A DNA stretch of 63,891 nt, the filler included, from Lama guanicoe (lineage: Eukaryota), in assembly GCA_013239625.1 (NCBI GenBank). It is 83 parts of 82 records of this genome, joined end to end, with 100 filler letters (N's around TTAATTAATTAA, not from the genome) between each part and the next. Parts side by side here need not be neighbours in the genome. Positions count along the whole stretch, not along the records: positions 63,401 to 63,891 come from PNXV01022241.1; 82 more parts are not named here. One strand, 5' to 3'. The first letter of the stretch is position 1. Every line of letters begins with the position of its first letter. A program made the translations under genes and the position numbers. Positions 63,889-63,891 of the stretch are shown here, one piece after another. Below the pieces are notes generated by a model that saw only the letters and a program-made list of their open reading frames with translations, was not told the DNA's origin and ran no database searches.

Positions 63889-63891
63889 TAC

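Noticed and set aside
1..63891. A novel multi-gene or prokaryote-type system
   Set aside because: There are no operons, complete genes or microbial contigs, and neighbouring fragments are unlinked.

Overview
This is not a contiguous locus. It is about 80 short (0.1-1.7 kb) unplaced mammalian contigs joined by an artificial 100-bp linker (44 N + TTAATTAATTAA + 44 N), so adjacency across linkers has no biological meaning. Degenerate tRNA-derived SINE pieces and artiodactyl-type L1 suggest a camelid (inference). The content is mostly heterochromatic repeat: a GC-rich ~267-bp satellite (9 contigs plus one strongly diverged ~268-bp relative), an AT-rich satellite of TTCNNNN heptamers (8 contigs), a ~248-bp satellite (3 contigs), and a long unclassified repeat that four contigs tile together. 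There are also many L1 fragments (some re-amplified after decay), ERV LTR, pol and gag-pro relics, MIR/L2/MLT1 elements, microsatellites, a CpG-island promoter with an RFX X-box, and a few unidentified candidate exons. No complete gene can be called, and nearly all listed ORFs are N-gap or satellite artefacts. I find no support for a new multi-gene system; the best leads concern satellite and repeat architecture.
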